From a virus (lineage: Duplodnaviria; Caudoviricetes), in the IMG/VR virus record IMGVR_UViG_3300031951_000008: 64,000 bases of DNA; one strand, written 5' to 3'. The translations under genes and the position numbers were made by a program. The number at the start of each line of letters is the position of its first letter. The stretch's first letter is position 1. A model generated the notes under the pieces. The model made no database searches and was not told the DNA's origin. It worked only from the letters and a program-made list of their open reading frames with translations. Positions 37,414 to 47,420 of the stretch are shown here, piece by piece.

Positions 37414-38314
37414 CTAAATATCCTGTTGGAACGCTGGTAATTTTGGACTTATGTACTACGGAGCCTGATCTCAATTTGACGATCGGCTTTGCTCTATTAG
37501 GACCTGTCCAGAATAAAGCATAATGAGCATTTCGATAGTGCGGTATCTTCTCGATTGATTGACCTAGATTGAAGCCGTTTTTGCCTCGTCTTTTGGCCTT
37601 GTCTATTAAAGCTTGTTTTTTCTTGTCGTCTGACATATCAAATATGACACGATCTTTAGCAAGAATGTCAGGTGTTACGAAGTTTGGATCGTCATAGATA
37701 AGACAAATTGTAGTAACCAGCTTAACAACGCTTTGTACTATTGGGTCTGGTATGCTCTTACCGAGAAACCAAGTATTGTGAGATGCAAGAGCTTCTGTAG
37801 CATCTTCAAGGCTAACACCAGGCAGAAGAGGAAAGATTTTAAATGTATAGCATGGGAAACCGCCGTAAGTTTCACCAATATCGAATAAGATAGTGAGCCC
37901 ATCTATAAGGTTTTGAGAACCGGCCTGTTCAGCTACCTTCTGAACACCGAATAAAACGGTTTTTACTTCACAACCGTCGAATACGTATGGGTTATTAGGG
38001 TGAGTAGGAAGCCGTAGACATATTGTATGTGTAGGTGGCCTAATTGCGTCGCATGGTATGCTAAGCTTGACTTTACTGACCATATCAAAAACGGCTGGCC
38101 ATATATTATAATATGGTTTATCGTGTTTTGACCAATCAGATTCGAGAATAGATTGTCGATAGGCGAAAGGGTTATTGGTAGAAGCACCTGCTTCCTCTAT
38201 GACCTCATAAACCTCTTCTTGTGATATATCTCTTTTTAAGCCTTGTTTTTTGGCCGCTTTTCGAAGCACAGCCACACAGTCTTGAAAATCATGAAATTGC
38301 ATATTATCCTCCAC
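37403..38314 (-). CDS. hypothetical protein
   Basis: 303 aa, GGAGG RBS, C-terminal PHYRNAHYALFWTGP basic motif. Confidence 0.75.
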   Translation of the reverse strand: MEDNMQFHDFQDCVAVLRKAAKKQGLKRDISQEEVYEVIEEAGASTNNPFAYRQSILESDWSKHDKPYYNIWPAVFDMVSKVKLSIPCDAIRPPTHTICLRLPTHPNNPYVFDGCEVKTVLFGVQKVAEQAGSQNLIDGLTILFDIGETYGGFPCYTFKIFPLLPGVSLEDATEALASHNTWFLGKSIPDPIVQSVVKLVTTICLIYDDPNFVTPDILAKDRVIFDMSDDKKKQALIDKAKRRGKNGFNLGQSIEKIPHYRNAHYALFWTGPNRAKPIVKLRSGSVVHKSKITSVPTGYLDDH

Positions 38315-38337
38315 TATTATGTGGCGGTTGCGGCTGT

Positions 38338-38619
38338 TCAGAGAATATGCGTTTTGATTATCTCTACTTTATCGAGACTAAGAGTTCTAAAGCCATTTTT
38401 ATAAGCCGTAGGGCAATGTGTCCGTAGCCAGGCAGATAATCTATCATTTGCTAGTGCTTTAAGGATAGGCCTATTATCCATAAGCAGCCTGTGCTCTTTT
38501 TCATTGAATTTGTCGGACAGGATGCCAACGATTTTATTACCACGCTGGCCCAAATATAGCAGTAGTAAGTATTTGGGTGGCTCATTCTGAGATTTATAAG
38601 ATAAGTGTAACAGTTCCAT
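38338..38619 (-). CDS. hypothetical protein
   Basis: In-frame ATG at 38619 (MELLHLSYK) removes the overlap with the hub gene; the ORF track extends to 38871. Confidence 0.55.
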   Translation of the reverse strand: MELLHLSYKSQNEPPKYLLLLYLGQRGNKIVGILSDKFNEKEHRLLMDNRPILKALANDRLSAWLRTHCPTAYKNGFRTLSLDKVEIIKTHIL

Positions 38620-40009
38620 GGCGATAGACGATCTGATATCGAGAAATAACCCTAGGACTTTATCGTCGTCAAGTGCGACGAATAGCCCTACTGATTTTAA
38701 TTTTGAATCCTTATCCGAGCCAATAGCCGAAGCAAGACCGCAAGTCGATATAATTATACATATAGGAAAGGAGAAGCTATCTATCGGTAGGTATTTTAGC
38801 CGGTTCGAATTTAAAGCTATGGTAAATGGTGGATATATTATCAAGGCTAATGTGTTCGACGCACATTTCAATATTCATAGCCGTTTAATGGAGTTAGGAT
38901 ACTTTAACATAGCCAGGAGACAGCCAGTACGCATTGACTTTAGGATAATGTACGGGCCTGAAACAGATAGTTTTAACAGTAAGAATCAGACCAAAGTACA
39001 ATCTGCTGTTTTAGTCTCGTTTAATATATTGAGTGATGGAAACGATAAAGCCAATTTAGTCTTGATAGCAGTCGACCCGCCATCTTACTTTTTAAACATG
39101 GGAGATGCTAGTGGACGGGTAATAACCGGAACTGTATCGCAGGCGATAGAACAGATAATAGAAATTTATGCACCGGAGATCCAGAGGGAAGTATCAAAAA
39201 CGAATGGGTCCGATAAGATGAAGTGGTACATGATGAGGCAAGACCCCAAAACCTTTATTAAGTCTTTAACTGAATGGTCATCGTCATTAACACTAAAGAA
39301 AACCAATTGGCTAACAGCTGCTGATGGCTATAGTTTAAAGGTGAAAGAACAAGCCGAGTGGATTAGTAGACAGCGAGCATACTACAGATTCATGAAAGAG
39401 GGCAGATCTAGTATCAAATCATGTACAATAGTGTCTGATAATGGTTTATCAGTAGTGCAGTCGAAACTGGTAACACAAGGAACATCGGCAGTAGCAGGAA
39501 GATATTTAGACCCAAGAATAGATGTTGAAAAGCTCTCTGTGATGCCTAGAACTACTCCTAACAAAAAAGTCGCACAGGTTACTGATTGGCAATCCTATAG
39601 AGAGCCAACAGAGGGTCTACGACCACCGTTAGTTGGCTTTAGCTCTATTAAATCTATTCCTGAGGTAGGCTCAGGTGGTGACTTAGGTGTAGACTATGAG
39701 GATTATATAGATGGTAGGGCAAGACAATATTGGCTAGATATGAATCATAGAATTATAAAAGCTAAATTTACTATACTCGGCCATGGGGAATGGGATAGTA
39801 ATATAGGGCTAGGCGTGGATACCATATTTGTTCGATGGTCTAAAGAGCCTACAACAGTATTCGGCGTAGCACCAGGGCCAGATGATCTATATTGGGTAAC
39901 CGGAAATTGGTTAGTATATGGATTCCATCACATAGTGACAAGGAAGAAGTGGGATACTGATATATTCTGCTCTAGATATGATTATGTGACGTTGAATAAT
40001 AGATCTTAG
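38618..40009 (+). CDS. baseplate hub / tail protein (gp27/gpD-like, putative)
   Basis: 463 aa beta-rich protein upstream of the tape measure; ends WVTGNWLVYGFHHIV...T typical of hub-fold proteins. Confidence 0.55.
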   Translation: MAIDDLISRNNPRTLSSSSATNSPTDFNFESLSEPIAEARPQVDIIIHIGKEKLSIGRYFSRFEFKAMVNGGYIIKANVFDAHFNIHSRLMELGYFNIARRQPVRIDFRIMYGPETDSFNSKNQTKVQSAVLVSFNILSDGNDKANLVLIAVDPPSYFLNMGDASGRVITGTVSQAIEQIIEIYAPEIQREVSKTNGSDKMKWYMMRQDPKTFIKSLTEWSSSLTLKKTNWLTAADGYSLKVKEQAEWISRQRAYYRFMKEGRSSIKSCTIVSDNGLSVVQSKLVTQGTSAVAGRYLDPRIDVEKLSVMPRTTPNKKVAQVTDWQSYREPTEGLRPPLVGFSSIKSIPEVGSGGDLGVDYEDYIDGRARQYWLDMNHRIIKAKFTILGHGEWDSNIGLGVDTIFVRWSKEPTTVFGVAPGPDDLYWVTGNWLVYGFHHIVTRKKWDTDIFCSRYDYVTLNNRS

Positions 40010-40503
40010 CCCCCACCGCCCAGAATTTGACCTATTCGCTTACCTACAGCATTGTTGATGTCCCATTTTAAGGCGAATTGTGTGGCACGGTCGGACAGAA
40101 TGCTATTGACAAAGTTATTTCCATCGTTAAGGCCGACTTCATAATCGTCTAGTTCATCTTCAAGATCATCGTAATCGTCTCTTAGATTATCATAATCGGC
40201 TCTAAGGCTCAAAAGCTGACTTTGTAAATGAGTTATCGTCGCCAATTGCCCGGCGATAGTAGCATTCTGAGAAATAACTGTTTGTTGAAGTGTTGAAATT
40301 GCAGATAGGTTATCTTGTACTGCATTACGGTATATTATGCTTCTTTCTATGGCAATATAATCGATCATGTCAAAGTAGCGAGGATCGCTAAGCCTGTCGT
40401 AATGCTCTTGTACAGCGGAATCGCCGTGCCCGTCCATGATTGAATTGCATTTGTCGGCTAACTCGTTATCAAGGTTAAGCCGAATTCTTTCTACGTATTG
40501 CAT
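40006..40503 (-). CDS. hypothetical coiled-coil protein
   Basis: 165 aa with heptad repeats; AAATATA on the minus strand upstream. Confidence 0.6.
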   Translation of the reverse strand: MQYVERIRLNLDNELADKCNSIMDGHGDSAVQEHYDRLSDPRYFDMIDYIAIERSIIYRNAVQDNLSAISTLQQTVISQNATIAGQLATITHLQSQLLSLRADYDNLRDDYDDLEDELDDYEVGLNDGNNFVNSILSDRATQFALKWDINNAVGKRIGQILGGGG

Positions 40504-40582
40504 TCAGATATCTCTGTGTAAGACTAGTGATTACTTAGATATATATTTGTGGCAGAAATCGTCCTATTAAGAATATGGACGA

Positions 40583-40589
40583 AAATATA
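40583..40589 (+). promoter_or_regulatory. AAATATA candidate late-promoter element
   Basis: Intergenic, upstream of the tape measure gene. Confidence 0.5.
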
Positions 40590-40601
40590 GATTAGTAGGA
40601 G

Positions 40602-43600
40602 ATGCCGATGGACCCCCAAGTATATGCTTTAAATATAATGCTGCAGCTTGAAGCAGAGGCGGCATATGAGAGTTTGAACCAATTTGAAGAGAAACTTCTG
40701 CAGATAGAGCAGAGTGTTAGTGATACTGCCGTCGCTGCGATGAATACGATCACTACAAATGTGCAGAATACGAACGCTGTTTTAGAGTTGACAAATAGAG
40801 CATTTGTGGACATCAGAGACAGAAATACTGAGATTTCAGCTAGTATACAGGATTATACCAACTATTTAGAAAATGTAAGCGGTTTTCTAGCTGACATGCA
40901 GATTAGTAGCATGGGTATAGCTGAGAGTATGGGCGTATATAACGAATTTTTGAAACAGATAAGGAAAAAGTCAGAAGACGATCTGGACAAGCTGACTAAA
41001 ACTACAGATCTATGGAAGGATTTAAAGGAGCATCACGAAGAAATTAGCAAGTCTTTAAAAGATGAGCGAGATAACTTCGAGCACATATACAAGTTGGCAG
41101 AAAGCTATCAAAAAGAGATTAAGTCAAAGAACAAGTTACATGATGACGAAAATAAGCTTGTTGCTAAAGAAGACGGGTTGTGGATAGGCTTGCTGAAAAA
41201 ATCAGGTTTATATAGCGAGAATATTGAAAGAATCGCCGGTAACTGGGACAGAGTTTATGGAAGATTACAGAGAATAGTCGCGGCCCTGCGTGCTCTTGAT
41301 AGTGAAGTAGAACAATTTATAGAGATAAACTATCGAGCATATGGATCACAGCAATTGTTAGCACAGTCGTCGATTAATTTGGCGATGGAAGTAGGATTGT
41401 TACGCGGCAGGGCAGTAGAGGCTTATAAAGCACTAGCAGATACTAAGATACCGAGAAATGAACTGGATAAGTTAGCTAAGACAGTAGTTTTGGTTAACAA
41501 GTATACTGGTATGGCAATACCAACACTGGCTAACTTTGCCAGATCACAGCGACAAATAGGCTTAGATAGCGTCTCCGTAATGAGACAGCTCAACTACGCT
41601 GGCGAGGCGATGCGTAAGTACGGCTTGACTTCCGAAGATACGTCTAAGTTGCTCGGTGTTGCATCAGATGGTGCAAGAACGATGAAAATGCTTTTTGCAG
41701 GTGCAGTTGACCCTGCCGCAGAAGTAGAAAAATTTAATAAGATACAGCTTGGCTTAGGCGGGCTGGCTAAAACTTTAGGCTTCACTTCTGACCAAGTAGC
41801 TCAGTTTCAGCAACAGTTAGCCGACCCAGTATTCATGGCTAAATTTCAGATGGTTACTGGGACTCAGATAAAGTCCGCTGAAGATGTGACTAAGGCTTAC
41901 CTAGAAGGTGGCCGTATGATGGCCGAGGAATACAAGAGAGTCGAGGAAGCAAGTAAGCAAGGCGTAGCAGCGGCAGCAATCGCCACGGCGAAATACCAGA
42001 AAATGGGCGAGAAGATGTTTGGATCAGCCGCCGCAGCTGATATGATGAGGATGACATTTGAGAAGGCAGCCGCAGAAACTAAGGCATTAGGCAAGGATCT
42101 AGACGAAGCGACGCTCGAAGCCGGTCTAATGGCTGCAATGGAGAAAGACGCAGCAGAAGCCTCGAACACCTTAGAAGCCCAATTAGTACGACTAAACGAA
42201 CTATTAAGCGGCCCTATTGGTACTGTACTCAGCTTCTTTAGAGATGGATTGAGAGATATAGTATTTGTTATAAACGAACTACTTGAAGTTATTAGCCCAT
42301 TTATCGGATGGTTGGGTACATTGTCGGAGACATTAAAGGAAACGAGCCCATTATTATATAGAGTTTACTCTGTTTTTAGGGCTCTGATAACCGCTGTCGG
42401 TATATTTATAGTAGTCGCATCCGGTTTAGCAGGAGTGAGAGCACTAATTAGGGCAGTAGGTCAGGCAGCAGCAGAAGCTGCTGCTCAAGTAGGTTCTGGT
42501 TTAGGTAGAGGTTTGGCAGCATTAGGAGAGGCCGTTCGAAGGCACGTAGTGGTTTTAATAGGCTTAGCCTTCGCATTTACTCTTGTAGGGGCTGGGATCT
42601 ATTTAATGGCATCAGGCTTAGCACAGCTTAAAGATGCAGGCATGCAAGCGATTGGAATGTTAGCGGGCCTATTGTTTGTTACAGGCTTGTTTATGGTGTT
42701 TTTAGTCGGATTAGGGACAGCCGCTAACTTAGCAGTACCAGGCTTGTTAGCTATCGCGGCTGTCTTGGCTAGCATAGGTTTAATGATTTATTTGGTAGGA
42801 GCAGGTATACAACTGGCTGGCCAAGGCTTTGAGATGATGAGTAAATCGGTTACCATGGAGTTAGCTGGAAGCCTATTAGCTGTAAATGCAGCGTTGGCTA
42901 CATTCGTAGTATCGGCATTTGCTACTGTGCCTGCGGTGTGGGCATTGGCGGGATCGTTCAAAAAACTTGCTACTAGTGCTAGCACTATATCTGAGTCCAT
43001 GACTTTGATAAATGACTTTGTACAAGCACTAAAGGGCTTAGATCTAGGAAGCTCGATAGACAAGTTTGTTAATTCTTTAAAGCAACTGAGCGAAGGCGGA
43101 GTTATAACAGAAGAGGGCATGGAGGCTCTAAGAAGGGTATCCGGCAAAATCGCTGAGGTGGCGAGGGTTTTATTGCCAGCAACTTTGATGCTTGGTGTTG
43201 TTTCGGCTGTAATGGGCTTTAGTGGGCTCGCATTCAAGACTGGTGCGGTTGCACTAAATGAAGGTGCTAAGTTGCTTGGTAGTACTGCTGATATGATGAT
43301 AGCGGCGGCCCCGAAGTTAGGAGAGGCCGTTAAGATTTTAAGCCCATTGATGCCTGACCTAGTCGATATCGCCATGAGAATCGGTGGGATAGGCGTTATC
43401 TTGATAGTAGCGTCTGGATTCTTCTTAGCAGGGTCTGCCATTTTGCTAGCTGGCTCAACAGTTTTTGCGTTGGCTGCCTCCGCTATTAGGCTAGGCTCAG
43501 GCTTGCTTTTAACCAGTTCAGAGTTCGTGTTAGAATCTAGTAAAAATTTACAGACAGCAGGCACACTGTTACTGCAGGGAGTGACACAGCTTTTGCCAGC

Positions 43601-44273
43601 ATTGGTTATGCTTATACCCATTAGCGGTCTAATGATAGTCGCTGGAGCATCGATGGTAGCCGGTGGGGTCTTGATGCTATCGGGTTCGACGATGATTATG
43701 GTCTCATCATTGGCATTGTTCGGAGCATTGATGATGCTTCAAGGAATAACAGGAATATTCGATACTACTATTGAAAAAGTGTCTAAGCTAGGGCGTGGTA
43801 TAGAAGGCATTTCATTCGGATTTGCTAACTTAGCTAGATCAGTGCTAATAGGCACAGCTTTACTTAGCGGCATATCATCAACATTGGGCTCTGAGTTAGA
43901 AAAATCAACGAGAATCTTAGATCAGTATGCTTCAGTCTTTGAATCAACTGCCGATCGAATTCAGTCGGCTATATCCGATAAGATAATACCTTCAATGAGG
44001 GCCGCACAAGAGGCTGGCATCATTGAGACTTTGAGGACAGAGACGATTATTACCAGTCCACCGATGAGAGAAGTCGGCGAGAAAGAGTCCGTAGCTACAG
44101 AAGATCAGTCAGCTAATGCCGCCGATGTTTTATCGGCTATTAGTGAGAAATTGTCTACTATCATAAGTAGCTCAAATGCTAAAGACATACTAGATCTATT
44201 ACGTGATCATTTGCCCAACGTCTCTGGTGAGAGGGGCGATACTGGTTTATCCTCACATATGAATGGGTGGTAA
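40602..44273 (+). CDS. tape measure protein
   Basis: 1223 aa, helical, Ala/Gly/Leu-rich with long hydrophobic repeats; position before the baseplate genes. Confidence 0.85.
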   Translation: MPMDPQVYALNIMLQLEAEAAYESLNQFEEKLLQIEQSVSDTAVAAMNTITTNVQNTNAVLELTNRAFVDIRDRNTEISASIQDYTNYLENVSGFLADMQISSMGIAESMGVYNEFLKQIRKKSEDDLDKLTKTTDLWKDLKEHHEEISKSLKDERDNFEHIYKLAESYQKEIKSKNKLHDDENKLVAKEDGLWIGLLKKSGLYSENIERIAGNWDRVYGRLQRIVAALRALDSEVEQFIEINYRAYGSQQLLAQSSINLAMEVGLLRGRAVEAYKALADTKIPRNELDKLAKTVVLVNKYTGMAIPTLANFARSQRQIGLDSVSVMRQLNYAGEAMRKYGLTSEDTSKLLGVASDGARTMKMLFAGAVDPAAEVEKFNKIQLGLGGLAKTLGFTSDQVAQFQQQLADPVFMAKFQMVTGTQIKSAEDVTKAYLEGGRMMAEEYKRVEEASKQGVAAAAIATAKYQKMGEKMFGSAAAADMMRMTFEKAAAETKALGKDLDEATLEAGLMAAMEKDAAEASNTLEAQLVRLNELLSGPIGTVLSFFRDGLRDIVFVINELLEVISPFIGWLGTLSETLKETSPLLYRVYSVFRALITAVGIFIVVASGLAGVRALIRAVGQAAAEAAAQVGSGLGRGLAALGEAVRRHVVVLIGLAFAFTLVGAGIYLMASGLAQLKDAGMQAIGMLAGLLFVTGLFMVFLVGLGTAANLAVPGLLAIAAVLASIGLMIYLVGAGIQLAGQGFEMMSKSVTMELAGSLLAVNAALATFVVSAFATVPAVWALAGSFKKLATSASTISESMTLINDFVQALKGLDLGSSIDKFVNSLKQLSEGGVITEEGMEALRRVSGKIAEVARVLLPATLMLGVVSAVMGFSGLAFKTGAVALNEGAKLLGSTADMMIAAAPKLGEAVKILSPLMPDLVDIAMRIGGIGVILIVASGFFLAGSAILLAGSTVFALAASAIRLGSGLLLTSSEFVLESSKNLQTAGTLLLQGVTQLLPALVMLIPISGLMIVAGASMVAGGVLMLSGSTMIMVSSLALFGALMMLQGITGIFDTTIEKVSKLGRGIEGISFGFANLARSVLIGTALLSGISSTLGSELEKSTRILDQYASVFESTADRIQSAISDKIIPSMRAAQEAGIIETLRTETIITSPPMREVGEKESVATEDQSANAADVLSAISEKLSTIISSSNAKDILDLLRDHLPNVSGERGDTGLSSHMNGW

Positions 44274-44917
44274 GAATGGAATACGCTGAGGACGATAAGA
44301 GGCTGAATAATTTTGTAACATTACAATTCCAGACGGGGGTCGATAAGAATAAGAGAGCCATGTGGGAAAGTGTCGAATTTCAGTTTCCTCCGAAGGTTTT
44401 ATCGGACAGTAGACGTGGCACGTGGGATGAACAAGACGTAATGGGAACCGAGCCGATCGCTATTTATGGTGGCTCTGGTCCTAGAAATATTTCTATGCAG
44501 ATTACATACTTAGTCGACGGCGACCGGCAGGGAAGTTGGAATTGTACAAAGATTACCAAGCAGATCAGGCTCATGCGAGGATACTTCCAGAGAATACAAG
44601 ATTATAAAGCCGCACAGCGAAATTTGGTGGTGAAATTAAAATTGTGGTGTATAGGCGGTAGAACTCCAATGACTTTTAGGTTACGTAGTTGCGACGTGAA
44701 GTATGGCGAAACTATGATTACAAATAAGATGCAAAGGGATTCTAGCGTCGAGAGTTCGACATATTTTCCTTTGAGAACTGATGTAACTCTAGACTTAAGT
44801 TCCTGGACACAAGGTGCATATATTGAGCCAGGAGCAGACGGTGGAGTAAGGGTAAATCAGGGTGCCAATCAGTTTATTGAGGATTTAGATTTGAATTTAA
44901 TTGAGGCTTGGTATTAA
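44267..44917 (+). CDS. tail tube initiator / gp48-gp54-like baseplate protein
   Basis: FQFPP...W....MGTEP..YGGSGPRNISM pattern; follows the tape measure. Confidence 0.6.
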   Translation: MVRMEYAEDDKRLNNFVTLQFQTGVDKNKRAMWESVEFQFPPKVLSDSRRGTWDEQDVMGTEPIAIYGGSGPRNISMQITYLVDGDRQGSWNCTKITKQIRLMRGYFQRIQDYKAAQRNLVVKLKLWCIGGRTPMTFRLRSCDVKYGETMITNKMQRDSSVESSTYFPLRTDVTLDLSSWTQGAYIEPGADGGVRVNQGANQFIEDLDLNLIEAWY

Positions 44918-45222
44918 TGAGCTACTCACGCTACACAACAACACCTGAGACAGAGTACGATGGAGCACATACTTATGGCAAGTGGAAATCGTACAATTTT
45001 TTGACAGAGTCATTGGCAGAGAATCAAACACGTACATTATATATAACTAATGCTTATGAGGGTAGACCCGACCTAATATCGCAGCAGATATATAATACAA
45101 CTAAACTAGATTGGGTGTTGATAGCTTTTAACAAGGTACGTAACCCATTAAATTGGCCTAGAGCTGGTGATATTATCAGGTATCCACTAGAATCAGTGGT
45201 AATGACGGAGATATTGCAGTGA
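44908..45222 (+). CDS. baseplate wedge protein, T4 gp53 / LysM-like
   Basis: GRPDLISQQIYNTTKLDWVLIAFN...P...GDII. Confidence 0.8.
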   Translation: MVLMSYSRYTTTPETEYDGAHTYGKWKSYNFLTESLAENQTRTLYITNAYEGRPDLISQQIYNTTKLDWVLIAFNKVRNPLNWPRAGDIIRYPLESVVMTEILQ

Positions 45223-47420
45223 GAGATATAACGGACGTAACGTGGGATAGATTTTTTACAGAGAGATCTAAACCGTTAGCCGAAAGATTTCCAGGGTTTT
45301 ACAGAGCCCAGGTAGTTGAAACAAATGACCCATTGAACATCGGTAGGCTACGCATAAAATGCCCTGACTTACATGATTCAACCTTAAGGCCCGGTGATTG
45401 CCCTTGGGCCACCACAGCATACGATACTGGTGGATTTAAAGCTGGGAGATTTAGCAGTCATTGTATAGGAGACTGGGTATGGGTATCGTTTGAAAAGCAG
45501 CATCCGTATGCGCCTATAGTGGTTGGATCTGCGGACCCAACAAGAACTGCTAATTATAGCCTGCCTAGCGTTCATATAGAGACACCTTCAAGGCTGAACG
45601 TTGGTGTGAACGACAAGAATTCAGATAAGCGTTTCACGCGGCTGCAGGACTATAATAAGGATTATTTGCCAAAAGACCGTAGACCAATGGCTCACGGATG
45701 GGTCGATAGATATGGAACTATGGACGTTAGCTCATCTGTAGGATACTTTCCAGTAGAGCACGATGTCACACCTCCGCCTCCAGATCATGATGCTTTGCAG
45801 AATACGGCCTTTAACTATAATGCTAATAAACCGGTAGTCAATAACCCAGATAAGAAGTATTCTGCGAGAATTACTAAGTATGGACACATGTTTATAATGG
45901 GAGATCAAGGTTATTATTGGCGAAAAGAGGCAAACTCAGAACTAGGAGAATTTACTGGCAATGGTGAGCTAGACTTGAATTGGGAGCAGAAGAGGTGGCT
46001 AAGCCTTCAGAAATTTATAAATGAAGGCAAACCAGACACAAATAAAAGCCAAAGCGATCAGCGAAGAGTCGAAGTTCAAACTAGATATGGTCATAAAATA
46101 GAGATGCGAGATGTAGGGTGGGCTCAAATGGGTCCCATCAAGTCGAAGTCAAGAGAAGGTGAATTTGGTGAACCTAGAGTATTGTCCAAGGAAACTAAAA
46201 GCGATCAACGCTGGATTAAGTTAAGAACAAAGGGTGGAATGCTCTTTCAAGCTTATGATAAAGGGTCCGATCCTAGTAAGGATAAATTCATTACACGTAG
46301 TAATAGTGTAGAAAAAGGCTTTGGAAGCGAGAAGGAAGATAAATATTGGGCTAATAAGGATGCACGATGGGTGAGATTAGTAACGAGACATGGCTTCAAG
46401 ATAGTCCTAGATGATAGAGGCTCAAGTAGTACAGATGCTGACAATAAAGAGACACCAAGGGGGAACGGTGTTTTAATTAAGGGTCGTCGTTCTCCAGGGT
46501 CGAAAGCTAGGGTAACGAAGGGTGATCCCAGAGGGTTCTTTTGGGAGTTCAATGAGAATGATGCTGCGAATCATACTACTTGGGGTACACCTCTTGGCCT
46601 AGCTGTAGAAATGAACGATAGATATCAGTACATGCTTCTAGCAGCTTCGCTTGGGAAAGGATACTCAAAAAAGTATCGTGGCCTTGCTGAGAATGAATTC
46701 GTAGGTGAGCCAGCGATGGCAAGGAATCCTGAGCGTAATAGTCATCATCTAAAGATAGACCATGATAATGCCTATATTAGATTTAAAACAAGAGGAGGGC
46801 GTGGCACTAAAGCCGACAGGCAAGCAAACCCATCTGGAGTTACTAGGTCAGAATTGAATCAAGGGTTTGAAGCTAGAGATGGTGAAAGGGGCGACGGACC
46901 GTGGGTTGAACTTGTAGACAGCCAAGAACGTGGCCTTTGGCTTTCGAAGAAGTATAGAATTGGCGTTTGGCGTGCTAGAAACAGCCGACAGATGTACATG
47001 TATATGGAAGAAGATAAAAGACATATTGTCATCTTCAATAACGAACAGGCAGGTAAAATCACATTGTTTTCTAATGCCGATATAGAGATAGTTTCTAATA
47101 AGAATATACATTTACAGGCCCAGAACCATATATTTATGAAGGCCGGTCGATCTATTACGATGCAGGGAGGTGCTACTTCATGCCGCTTGGCTAATAATAA
47201 GATAGACACCAACGCTATTATCAACGCAGATACGGTATTTGCTAGACTACCAAATACTCTGCCTGGTGCTATCGGCGGTGAGAGTCGTCCCGTGGCTACC
47301 CAGGTAGAAACAGTTGATGCGCCAATTTTACCAAGTAAGCTTAAACCATCAGATCGAGGTGAAACATACAATAAGCCATTTGAAGCTTGCCCTAGAGAGG
47401 AAATAGAGCATCCGATATGA
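45219..47420 (+). CDS. baseplate central spike, T4 gp5/VgrG-like
   Basis: OB fold YRAQVVETNDPLNIGRLRIKCP...IGDWVWVSFE...PIVVG, then TxxG-h-x-h repeats; no lysozyme motif seen. Confidence 0.85.
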   Translation: MRDITDVTWDRFFTERSKPLAERFPGFYRAQVVETNDPLNIGRLRIKCPDLHDSTLRPGDCPWATTAYDTGGFKAGRFSSHCIGDWVWVSFEKQHPYAPIVVGSADPTRTANYSLPSVHIETPSRLNVGVNDKNSDKRFTRLQDYNKDYLPKDRRPMAHGWVDRYGTMDVSSSVGYFPVEHDVTPPPPDHDALQNTAFNYNANKPVVNNPDKKYSARITKYGHMFIMGDQGYYWRKEANSELGEFTGNGELDLNWEQKRWLSLQKFINEGKPDTNKSQSDQRRVEVQTRYGHKIEMRDVGWAQMGPIKSKSREGEFGEPRVLSKETKSDQRWIKLRTKGGMLFQAYDKGSDPSKDKFITRSNSVEKGFGSEKEDKYWANKDARWVRLVTRHGFKIVLDDRGSSSTDADNKETPRGNGVLIKGRRSPGSKARVTKGDPRGFFWEFNENDAANHTTWGTPLGLAVEMNDRYQYMLLAASLGKGYSKKYRGLAENEFVGEPAMARNPERNSHHLKIDHDNAYIRFKTRGGRGTKADRQANPSGVTRSELNQGFEARDGERGDGPWVELVDSQERGLWLSKKYRIGVWRARNSRQMYMYMEEDKRHIVIFNNEQAGKITLFSNADIEIVSNKNIHLQAQNHIFMKAGRSITMQGGATSCRLANNKIDTNAIINADTVFARLPNTLPGAIGGESRPVATQVETVDAPILPSKLKPSDRGETYNKPFEACPREEIEHPI

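Noticed and set aside
42788-43621. 277 aa antisense ORF within the tape measure gene
   Set aside because: Shadow of the hydrophobic Ala/Gly/Leu-rich repeats.
46859-47371. 170 aa antisense ORF within the gp5-like gene
   Set aside because: Entirely opposite a clear structural gene, with no recognisable motif or RBS.
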